From an uncultured archaeon (lineage in GTDB: Archaea; Asgardarchaeota; Thorarchaeia; Thorarchaeales; Thorarchaeaceae), in assembly GCA_964354495.1 (NCBI GenBank), contig CAYHAA010000010.1:60001-92000 (forward strand): 32,000 nucleotides of DNA, written 5' to 3'. The position numbers were made by a program, and so were the translations under genes. The notes below the pieces were generated by a model. It worked only from the letters and a program-made list of their open reading frames with translations. It had not been told where the DNA came from and ran no database searches. Shown one piece after another: positions 16,701-22,476 of this stretch (position 1 is the first letter of the stretch; every line of letters starts with the position of its first letter).

Positions 16701-17773
16701 CTAGTAACCGATACATTATTCCAGCCTGCCTGGACACCGGTGATGACAGTGACCCATGCTGCACCATCCCAGACATCGACATTGAGAGTTTCAGAATTCT
16801 GTATGCCGCCATAGATACATAGCGCTTCATTCGATTCTGAATATTGGGCACTGGTCCAGCCAACCTCGAGGTCCAGCTCGTGGTTCAGATTATTGATATT
16901 CGCATAGAGCCTGCGCCAAGTATATGTGCCGTTAGTTGCATCAGTCGGGTCCGTTGGCGATGCATAGCTATTCGTCGTATCGGACTTACTACTTGCGCCA
17001 GTAGTAGACGTATAGTACAGTCTCATCGAGTTTGAAGCTGGGATTATCAGTATCCAGTATGTATTCCCACTAACTACTATCGGACGTGAGCCAGCTGCAA
17101 AGGTCAATGTCTTATCGCCGGCTGTCGCAGATACGCCGACTGCAGAGCTAACTCCGTTTGGCAAGATGTACCCAGACGAGTTTGTGATGATCCCCTTCGT
17201 GTTTATTGTACCCGTTGAGGACCTTCCGTAAAACACGACGCTGGCAACTTCCCCCGTGCTACTTGCAGTGTAGACACCACCATACATATAGTTCGCGCTT
17301 ACTGAAACATAGCTGGCACCACTGGCGGAACTTCTGCCAAATGTGCTGGTTCCAGTATTTGTATCAGCCTCGGTTAGAGTGTCATAAGAGCCATCGAAGT
17401 CCTGCATTTCAGCAAAAGAAGAGTGTGCACCTATGTCCGTGGGCGCATGAAGGTTGGATGCTTGATCCACGAAGTCTTCATAATTAGTGCCAGCATAGCT
17501 TATGTTTCCCTCGGTCATCTGATCGTAATTAGCACCATAGTCTTGAAGATACGAAAAGACACTATGCGAACCCCTATCACTAGGAGGATGAAGATTTGAG
17601 CTCTGATCAACAATGTCCTCAGCATTATCGCCTATTCCTGATACAGTATAGGAATTTGGCTCAGGAATCCCTCTCAATCCTCTAGGGGGTGATTCAATAT
17701 CCACAATTGGACTAGCCAATATAATACCAAGGAATGTTAGAAATAGGGCAAGTGTGAGGACACGTCTTCCCAT
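7724..17773 (-). CDS. Giant (3349 aa) repeat-rich cell-surface type I membrane protein, putative adhesin/receptor
   Basis: Uninterrupted 10,050-bp ORF. N-terminal basic plus hydrophobic signal (MGRRVLTLALFLTFLGIILAS), S/T/D/N-rich repeated beta modules, a single TM (TLLLIGGGVGVGLIGVALIA, ~8474-8536) followed by SRRRH, and an acidic Pro-rich tail. Confidence 0.93.
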   Translation of the reverse strand: MGRRVLTLALFLTFLGIILASPIVDIESPPRGLRGIPEPNSYTVSGIGDNAEDIVDQSSNLHPPSDRGSHSVFSYLQDYGANYDQMTEGNISYAGTNYEDFVDQASNLHAPTDIGAHSSFAEMQDFDGSYDTLTEADTNTGTSTFGRSSASGASYVSVSANYMYGGVYTASSTGEVASVVFYGRSSTGTINTKGIITNSSGYILPNGVSSAVGVSATAGDKTLTFAAGSRPIVVSGNTYWILIIPASNSMRLYYTSTTGASSKSDTTNSYASPTDPTDATNGTYTWRRLYANINNLNHELDLEVGWTSAQYSESNEALCIYGGIQNSETLNVDVWDGAAWVTVITGVQAGWNNVSVTSYLTTSSFEIRFVDSMQTDDAYQGSWQIEGILLHCWTPSSWSYGLDLEVGWTAADYDETYEYLCIYPVTGGGWPTEDIKIDVWSGTWINALADLTPDQWNNVSVSSYLTSSAFEVRFLGGTETGDTTQDTWEIDAVLLHTWTPSYTPLIDQIPYLNNPTDTDNMYAQYAEYQVSVYVSDQNGFADIDFLEIGLWDDTRATEFCRFRYDEDTSVFSEQFDGGNFVTLNTGSSSATKSGNDIDATFFFTIDWDFPDSTDIDARCYVEDAQNESTTTWYEVDWDIETRLEYSVLPHVSDSSGTPDRGNVDGSFSLTGTVIYYGSVNVAPSSTAVDIWVSASEYGTNVGPWSDLTPTSGAFNVTCYADNLVGLDTYTVKVVEEGAGAGGTDLFYTSSATDTYIADRLIITLTDPIDQRIDTGANATGIVASAIYDYDDTSFDGTLNLNDTVFNYGTVGIRGYEVSTASGGVHGVSLIGVNDETYCIWDSLTITITDPFDQRININTNASGIVVTAVYNYDSAPFDGTLALNNTQFSYPAAQIQWYTVLSASGGTYGITVISSNDVTYCIWDSLTISVSDPLDQRININANASGIVVSVVYDYDGSLFDGILTLNNTQFSYGTAQIQWYRVGSVSGGAFGITAISTNDMTYCIWDSLTIAVTEPSDQRININANASGVVVTAVYNYDSSPFDGTLTLNNTLFSYATAQIQWYTVMSASGGTYGITAISANDVTWCIWDSVTITITDPFDQRINVNTNASGIIVSAIYDYDGSAFDGILTLNNTQFTYMAAQIQYYTIPSISSGSYGISAISTNDMTFCIWDSLTVTITNPLDQRINIGANASGIVVGATYDYDSTPFDGTLGLNNTQFAYSTAQIQWYTALSASGGTYGITAISANDVTWCIWDAVSITITDPGDQRININANASGIVVSAVYDYDGSAFDGVLALNNTQFAYAAAQIQWYTVQGVSGGAYGITAISVNDATYCIWDSLTIIITDPADQRININTNASGIVVTAVYDYDGTTYDGALTINSTQFVYAVAQRQGYTVQSASGDTYGITLISSNDVTYCIWDSLTITITDPSDQRININTNASGIVISAIYDYDGSAFDGVLSLNNTQFSYATAQIQWYRVSSVSGGAFGITAVSIDEAAYCIWDSLTVVVTDPSDQRINVNTNASGIVVTAFYDYDGSAFDGTVGLNNTQFSYALAQIQWYTVQSVSGGAYGITAISANDMTWCIWDSLRIIMTDPIDQRININTNASGIIVSAVYEYDDSTFDGILTLNNTLFIYSSVQIQWYSVQSASGGVYGITTISSNDVSYCIWDSLTITITDPLDRRININTNASGIVVSAVHDYDSAPFDGMLILNNTQFVYATAQIQWYTVQGVSGGTYGITAISANDVTYCIWDSLTIAITDPTDQRINISSNASAVVVTVIYDYDGAAFDGTFTLNNTQFAYAIAQKQGYTVQSVSGGTHGITAISTNDVTYCIWDSLTIVLTAPLDQRINVNANATGIILTATYDYDGAAFDGTLTLNNTQFTYSISQRQAYTVQSVSGGTHGITAISTNDVTYCIWDSLTISITDPLDQRININTNASGIVITAVYDYDGAEFDGILTLNNTLFAYSTAQIQWYTVQGVSEGTYGITAVSANDVTYCIWDSLTVSLTDPSDQRININANATGIIVSAIYDYDGSVFDGVLTLNNSQFSYGTAQIQWYTLGSASGGAFGITAISNNDVTYCIWDSLRIVITEPLDQHIDINTNASGIIVAAVYNYDGSAFDGSLTLNNTQFTYSTAQIQWYTVLSASGGTHGITAISANDATYCIWDSLTITISDSTDQRINVNTNASGIVTSAVHDYDGSVFDGVLILNNTQFTYGTAQIQWYTVDSASGGTHGIRAISANDATYCIWDQLVITIGVDDSTPLNGVQANFSLTVIFDYDDAACTSYQIVVQRNSTWWHSFIGANVSLFVDVGYNISYSYTTRSISFESNYSITAFSTNAWLVTWSSEPNNPPMNDSAPTLTNGDDTDRLYARYRYYIIITSVSDPDGFADISYVELSLYSDDRVTLYWRVRYTYSTDTFSVEVGGAVVVIGSMSDAVGAGNTLSITWYLKIGWDHEHTADSDVEQSVFDGTDSDSDSYETNWDVETRLDYSVTPSLSDDHGDVNTTDLVVSGSITYYGSSLSPLANETDVWIIHDVAGSWNGDLAAGSFSISSIGSSASIRLNTYTIKTVAEGAGSGSTDLYFSTSPTDTFITDRIEIYLAGVVDLRININSYCEVWWRARYEYNGTEIQSGLLIQLNGSRTLIWNAGGSYWRWQETSSVPISAGFTVVSVVESIHGLTEWSDSTTDVQAIWDALIITMTNPTDMRVNVGANATGIYVSAIYAYDGATFDGALALNNTYFSYATPQIQGYTVLSAADDSFGITAILSNDVVYCIWDRVLVTSITADELYHDPGDNVRVIVGLQYEYDALSVTSGTFAIEGHALTHVGSGLWETYVTEATYQAVSFDLLTLCNAALYGITEFNMDSNEVTVYWDRIEFYSVSVDHSRLGMGDTALVQWSARLENAGVTVPNGVVAVMTGDITCIPSSGVYVASVTQSTVGSYSFSIISASLGEISSYVQSAADLVIIWDRVQVTSITATSFSQDVGVATEIRVTLVYEFDESPFTSGSVSLTGATNAMTYNSAGAYWSVSVTRNTAGNYTFSVESISDSLYGISALDSANLSVEIEWVAVPGFAPDTMTLLLIGGGVGVGLIGVALIASRRRHGAVSAGITDIEPSDFGIYDETATAPADSHIEETSTEPAEPEPDTYPPAELPVSEVHEPLEVPRAAEAPTIEEIETTSTSADELHVAEEVQPTEPVRKEPLLAEDVEMETIEALTAPATTTLPESMPAIEVEKPLTKQEILDRLPPEIRDAIAKEDLEKMSRKEAQSLLDSYTPSKELLPEPITRSAEAGVSDVPLGIKELSKLDKKTLVELLPSDFKATVSPDELKRLSKKELISLLESFMEPE
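7739..8062 (-). repeat. Two copies of a ~38-aa helical motif at the cytoplasmic C-terminus of the giant protein
   Basis: LTKQEILDRLPPEIRDAIAKEDLEKMSRKEAQSLLDSY (7946-8059) versus LDKKTLVELLPSDFKATVSPDELKRLSKKELISLLESF (7739-7852). Confidence 0.75.
9446..9694 (-). repeat. Solitary 19th copy of the 83-aa repeat
   Basis: IWDALIITMTNPTDMRVNVGANATG...LSNDVVYC; its IWD and the next IWD are exactly 249 bp apart. Confidence 0.85.
11027..15508 (-). repeat. 18 tandem copies of a 249-bp / 83-aa unit
   Basis: The IWD codons (plus strand GAGTCCCAGAT-like) recur at 15249, 15000, 14751 ... 11265, 11016, always 249 bp apart, and 4482 bp = 18 x 249. Consensus is approximately IWDSLTITITDPxDQRININTNASGIVVSAxYDYDGSAFDGxLTLNNTQFxYATAQIQWYTVxSASGGTYGITAISxNDVTYC. 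Confidence 0.97.
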
Positions 17774-17981
17774 TGTTCTGGCACCTTCTTGCTCATGCTA
17801 GTGCGCTTGGACTACCAGGAGGAGACGAGTAGAAGCAAATTCAACTCATACTCGGCGTCCATGGCGGACCATCATGTCTTCTTCCTGTTCTGTCTGTGTG
17901 TGTAGCTGAGCCTGACTTTTGGATAGTAGATGGTAGGTTCATCTAAATCTCAAATAAGCCAATCTTGGATGAATTAATAGG

Positions 17982-17987
17982 AAAAAA
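17982..17987 (-). terminator. Oligo-T tract after the thiolase-like gene (archaeal-type terminator candidate)
   Basis: Minus strand reads CTCGCTCTTTTTTCC about 20 nt after the TAG at 18009. Confidence 0.45.
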
Positions 17988-18008
17988 GAGCGAGATTCAT
18001 TCTAGAGC

Positions 18009-19181
18009 CTAAGGTCGCTGAAGAATAGTCACGACGATATTGTTACCAAACCCACCAATGTTGTGAGTAAGACCAATACCCGGGTTATCTACTTGGAGCC
18101 CTTTGGGAGCCTCTCCTCTCAATTGCGTGACAATGTCGCGTATCTGAGCTACTCCAGTGGCGCCAGTGGGATGACCTCTTGCCTTGATACCACCTGTAGT
18201 GTTGACAGGCATCTCTCCCCAGACCTCCGTTAGACCCTCCTTTACCGCATGAATTGCGCTCCCACGTTCGACTAGACCAATATCCTCCATATTCACAAGT
18301 TCGAGGATGGAGAAAGCATCATGAAGCTCGCACACATCAATCTCTTGAGGACTGATACTAGCCATCTTGAAGGCTTTCTCTGCAGCTACTACTGAAGCAT
18401 CAAAAGAGGTCAGAGCAGATCGATGTTGAACAGCAAGATAGTCGGTTCCATGACCAATACCTAGGACCCGTATTGCTCTATCTGCAAGACCATGTTCTTC
18501 CATCGTGCTTTCGGACGCAACAACAATAGCTGCTGCACCATCGCTCGTAGGGCAACAATCGTACAGGGTAAGAGGGTCTGCAACAACTCTTGCTGTGTTC
18601 ACCTGTTCAATGGTGATCTCCTTTTGAAAGTGAGCCAGGGGGTTCTTCGCTCCATTTCGGTGGGCCTTCACAGGAATGAGAGAGAGTTCGTCCCGCGTCA
18701 GACCATAGTCATGCATGTACCTACGGGCAATCATAGCCGCGAGTGCAATAGGCGTGGCACCGTATCGAGTTTCGTTTTCGTAGGACATCATTTTGGCCAG
18801 AATCCCCGATGCTACCCCTCTGTCGACCTCGGACATCTTCTCCACGCCAACCACAAGAACAAGATTCGCCATGCCTGCGGCGACCAATGCGAAGGCGGAC
18901 TCGAAGGCACTCGACCCTGAGGATGGACCAGTCTCAACTCGAATAGCGCCTGCTGGAACCAATCCAAGGCGGTCCGCCAGTACAGATGAGAGATGTCCCT
19001 GGCCTACGAACTCATCGGGATTCTGGGCACCCACGACAAGACGATCGAATCGTGCCTCGACCGTTGAGGAGTCTTCCATCGCCTCAAAGGCAGCACTCTG
19101 TGCGAGATCTAGTATAGAATCATCGAGCACACCGAACCTTGTCATTCCCGCTCCAACGATATAGACAGGATCCACGATCAT
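18009..19181 (-). CDS. Thiolase-fold protein (archaeal/SCP2-like type) lacking the canonical nucleophilic Cys
   Basis: VYIVGAGMTRFG, AHRNGAKNPLAHFQ, DCCPTSDGAAA, ELHDAF, GGIKARGHPTGATG, THNIGG. The usual VExACASG motif reads VETGPSSG. Confidence 0.9.
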   Translation of the reverse strand: MIVDPVYIVGAGMTRFGVLDDSILDLAQSAAFEAMEDSSTVEARFDRLVVGAQNPDEFVGQGHLSSVLADRLGLVPAGAIRVETGPSSGSSAFESAFALVAAGMANLVLVVGVEKMSEVDRGVASGILAKMMSYENETRYGATPIALAAMIARRYMHDYGLTRDELSLIPVKAHRNGAKNPLAHFQKEITIEQVNTARVVADPLTLYDCCPTSDGAAAIVVASESTMEEHGLADRAIRVLGIGHGTDYLAVQHRSALTSFDASVVAAEKAFKMASISPQEIDVCELHDAFSILELVNMEDIGLVERGSAIHAVKEGLTEVWGEMPVNTTGGIKARGHPTGATGVAQIRDIVTQLRGEAPKGLQVDNPGIGLTHNIGGFGNNIVVTILQRP

Positions 19182-19187
19182 GCTCCC

Positions 19188-19712
19188 TCACACAATGAGA
19201 ACCAGGAGTTCCGTCGGTGTCACCATGGTCCCCACCTTGACATTCACTTCCTTCACGGTGCCGGAGGTATCTGCCTTCAGTTCATTGAACATCTTCATCG
19301 CTTCAAGTATGCAGACTGTCTGACCGCTCTTGACAGTGTCACCCACTTTCACACGGACTTCAGTAATCTTGCCAGGCATGGGGGGATAGATGCCACCAGC
19401 CACTCTTGGGCCTGCCTGGGAGGTGCCAGGAGCCTTTTTCTCAGCTTCTTGCTTTCTGACACGTTCCCACTCAATCTCTCGTTCCTGGCCATTTATCTCA
19501 AGACTCATGGTCTTCCCTGTTCGTTTCACGATTCTCACGGGATAGTCAGTGGTGGTATCATTTACAATCCATGAACCATCATCAGCAAGAGTCGGTTTCA
19601 TTGTGAAACTCTGGTCAGCAACCTTCACAACAAGCAAGCCGCCCTCATCGAGCATCTTAACTTCAACAACGAAAGGCTTCTCATTGAGAGTGACCCTGTA
19701 TTCCGGACTCAT
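19188..19712 (-). CDS. Biotin carboxyl carrier protein with N-terminal extension
   Basis: PPMPGKI...ILEAMKMFNEL biotinylation motif in the C-terminal domain. The start overlaps the pycB stop (TAATG). Confidence 0.92.
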   Translation of the reverse strand: MSPEYRVTLNEKPFVVEVKMLDEGGLLVVKVADQSFTMKPTLADDGSWIVNDTTTDYPVRIVKRTGKTMSLEINGQEREIEWERVRKQEAEKKAPGTSQAGPRVAGGIYPPMPGKITEVRVKVGDTVKSGQTVCILEAMKMFNELKADTSGTVKEVNVKVGTMVTPTELLVLIV

Positions 19713-21298
19713 TATACGCCCTCCTGGCTGCGTCCTCTCATCATATCCTTCCTACCAGCAGAGCCCCATGGTGTCGTGGACTGCTCCCACTTTCCAGCTC
19801 CATATTGCACTGTTCGTGCAGTAACGAGACCACTTCGACCCATGTCTGTCCATGCATCGCCTCGAGTGACTGCTGTTTCCGGCCCGCTTGGAGTAATCCC
19901 ATTCATATGAAGAATGGCCGCAGTGATTGCTACCTCCAATTCAGGTGTCATTTGACCTGCGACTTTTTTCCGAGCACGACGTTTCAAGAAGTCCAGAGCA
20001 TACTGCGGGAATAGGGCATAGGATATTTCATCACGTGGCAGATGTGGTACGTCTTTGAGGGCTTCCCGTGCTGCTGGAAGTTCTGGCTCAAGAAGATCAG
20101 CAGGCCTGCAATCAAGAGGCTTTTCATTGCCAATCGCCATCTCCCTGACTGCAGCATCAATCTCAGCTGGGGGTCTTCCGTAATAACCGCGGATGTACTG
20201 TTTTACCTCAGTTGGAATCGTGCTGTATCTCTTTCCGGTCACAACATTGAGTGTTGCCTGAGTTCCGACAATCTGACTTGATGGTGTCACAAGGGGGGGA
20301 TAACCAAGTTCTGCTCGCACACGCGGGACCTCTGCAAGCACCTCATCGTACTTATCCAATGCACCCTGTTCACGGAGCTGATTGTCAAGGTTAGATAGCA
20401 TCCCTCCAGGAATCTGAAACTCGAGGACCTGTGGATTGACTCCCTGAAGACTGCCCTCGAACTGTGCGTACTTCCTGCGAATTCTACGGAAGTAGTTGGC
20501 AATCTCAGAGAGTTGGGTGATATTGAGACCTGTATCACGAGGAGTACCTTTGAGTGCCTCGACAATAGATTCAGTGGCAGGTTGTGATGTTGCCATTGAC
20601 AGCGCAGATATCGCGCAGTCTACTACGTCCACCCCTGCTTCTGCTGCCTTGACATATGCCATTGCAGCCATCCCACTGGTGTAGTGAGAGTGGAGCTGGA
20701 CAGGAAGGTCTACCTCGTCTTTGATTCCTGCTACTAGGTCATACGCAGCCGTGGGAGAAATGAGTCCTGCCATGTCCTTGATACAGATTGAGTCAGCCTC
20801 CTTTTCATAGAGCTCCTTTGCCATCTGGACAAACTTCTCATTTGTGTGAAAGGGGCTCAGGGTGTAACTGATGGCTGCTTGAACATGACCACCCTCACGC
20901 TTCACGAATCTCATTGCAGCCTCCATATTCCGAACATCATTCAGTGCATCAAAAATCCTGAAGATATCGATTCCAACTCGGACTGCCTCCACAACGAAGG
21001 CTTCCAGAACATCGTCCGCATACATATGATACCCAACGATATTACTTCCCCTCAACAACATCTGAAATGGCGTCTTGGGCATTGTTTCTTTGAGTAGTTC
21101 GACACGCTCCCAAGGGTCCTCGTCAAGAAAACGCATCATAGAGTCGAAGGTAGCCCCACCCCACATCTCAAGCGAATGGTACCCGACTTTATCAATCTTC
21201 TCACATATGGGAAGCATGTCCTCTGTTCGCATTCGCGTAGCAATAAGTGATTGATGTGCGTCTCTCAGTGTCGTATCAGTTATCAGAAGCTTCATCAT
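19712..21298 (-). CDS. pycB: Pyruvate/oxaloacetate carboxyltransferase (PycB / OadA / transcarboxylase 5S-like), with no fused biotinyl domain
   Basis: [60 protein letters not shown]. The symbol indicates the family. Confidence 0.9.
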   Translation of the reverse strand: MMKLLITDTTLRDAHQSLIATRMRTEDMLPICEKIDKVGYHSLEMWGGATFDSMMRFLDEDPWERVELLKETMPKTPFQMLLRGSNIVGYHMYADDVLEAFVVEAVRVGIDIFRIFDALNDVRNMEAAMRFVKREGGHVQAAISYTLSPFHTNEKFVQMAKELYEKEADSICIKDMAGLISPTAAYDLVAGIKDEVDLPVQLHSHYTSGMAAMAYVKAAEAGVDVVDCAISALSMATSQPATESIVEALKGTPRDTGLNITQLSEIANYFRRIRRKYAQFEGSLQGVNPQVLEFQIPGGMLSNLDNQLREQGALDKYDEVLAEVPRVRAELGYPPLVTPSSQIVGTQATLNVVTGKRYSTIPTEVKQYIRGYYGRPPAEIDAAVREMAIGNEKPLDCRPADLLEPELPAAREALKDVPHLPRDEISYALFPQYALDFLKRRARKKVAGQMTPELEVAITAAILHMNGITPSGPETAVTRGDAWTDMGRSGLVTARTVQYGAGKWEQSTTPWGSAGRKDMMRGRSQEGV

Positions 21299-21326
21299 CT
21301 CTAACCAGCATAGCGCATGTTAGATA

Positions 21327-21346
21327 GGTATTTAGTCGTTCTGTTA
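21327..21346 (-). promoter_or_regulatory. Putative BRE/TATA promoter of pycB
   Basis: Minus strand TAACAGAACGACTAAATACC, ending 29 nt upstream of the ATG; 19/20 identical to the motif at 24510-24529, which has the same spacing to its ATG. Confidence 0.7.
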
Positions 21347-21550
21347 GTACTCTCTCTTATTCTTTTGATACACATCTGATTGCCAGCGGCGAACGAGAAA
21401 CTCGAAATTCCCTCCAGATTCGCGGTTTCATACTCGACTGACTCATCGAAGTTCTCTATGCTATCCAGCAAGAGAGGATTATGCCTTATTCTAGTAGGGT
21501 GGATTTACGACGAGTCGGATATTATTCCACGCTTCTGTCAGGTGCAAGTC

Positions 21551-21727
21551 ATGCTTCCAACATGGACCTCTCGGACCTGCCATGTATGTGGTGAGAGAGG
21601 GGTGTGGGCGGAGGGCGTGACCTCAACTGATGAGCGGCGTGGGAGTGATTACTTCCATTGTTCAATGTGCGGTGAGCACTTCCGTGCTGATACGAATGCC
21701 ACACGGAGTGTTATGCATGTTCAATAG
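21551..21727 (+). CDS. Small Zn-ribbon protein (58 aa)
   Basis: MLPTWTSRTCHVCGERG...YFHCSMCGEHF, with CxxC x2. ATG at 21551 follows AGGTG; the 21380 start in the ORF track is probably too long. Confidence 0.65.
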   Translation: MLPTWTSRTCHVCGERGVWAEGVTSTDERRGSDYFHCSMCGEHFRADTNATRSVMHVQ

Positions 21728-21800
21728 TCTGAGCAAGTTGCGGCCCCTAGGCGTACAGCAGGACGTCCGAGTTTTGCAGCTGAAAATGGACTGTTCGCAA

Positions 21801-22388
21801 TTAGGCTCTTCGGCGGTATATTATATAAAGTACTGGTAGAATCACAGCCACAATGGTCACCGAGATTATGATTGAGATTTGAAGCGGAATGTCGGCTGTG
21901 GTGTTTGTTGAGCCCTGCCTGCAGAATGATATTCGATGCAAGCTGGATGTATTCCAGTTGTTGAGGCTATCATTTGCATAGAACATGATATCCCAGATAA
22001 CTAAAGAGTTTGCTCCAATAATCGTGAAATTCAGAGGCCAAGCTACAAAGTCGTCTGGATCACTTGTAAAAGCATCTCGACTCATAGAAACATTGTTCCA
22101 GTTGCTACTCGAATTGTTATTGTAACTTCCAATAACATTACTCACTCCATCGGGGTCTGTTACTCCAACTCTGAGTTCAAGGGTCAAGGTCACAGGTTCG
22201 GTGCTAGGAACAAGATCCATGAACACCCATGGAGTGAGTTTGAACGAAGGACCTGAAGACTGACATACCTGAAACGAGGATGACAGAGATGACTGATTGC
22301 TCACAGCTGCCCCTCCTGCATTTGGCATCAGTGATGTCAGTGCAACTAGAATCAAAACAGCGTATCTAAAAGTCATTATCATCTTCAT
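21801..22388 (-). CDS. Small type I membrane protein with one Ig-like extracellular domain
   Basis: Signal peptide, VTDPDGVSNV...FYANDSLNNWN beta-sandwich-like segment with many sequons, and C-terminal TM IIISVTIVAVILPVLYII followed by YRRRA. Confidence 0.8.
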   Translation of the reverse strand: MKMIMTFRYAVLILVALTSLMPNAGGAAVSNQSSLSSSFQVCQSSGPSFKLTPWVFMDLVPSTEPVTLTLELRVGVTDPDGVSNVIGSYNNNSSSNWNNVSMSRDAFTSDPDDFVAWPLNFTIIGANSLVIWDIMFYANDSLNNWNTSSLHRISFCRQGSTNTTADIPLQISIIISVTIVAVILPVLYIIYRRRA

Positions 22389-22476
22389 GTTTCTCCCTTA
22401 ATGTACGTCCTAAGCTATCTCTACACCTTTCATTATCATTTCTATATACGAGTTCTTTTTTCTTGCCTCCAATTTG

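Noticed and set aside
21380-21550. 5' extension of the Zn-ribbon ORF to 115 aa
   Set aside because: The extension lacks recognisable features, and a good SD plus ATG at 21551 defines a compact domain.
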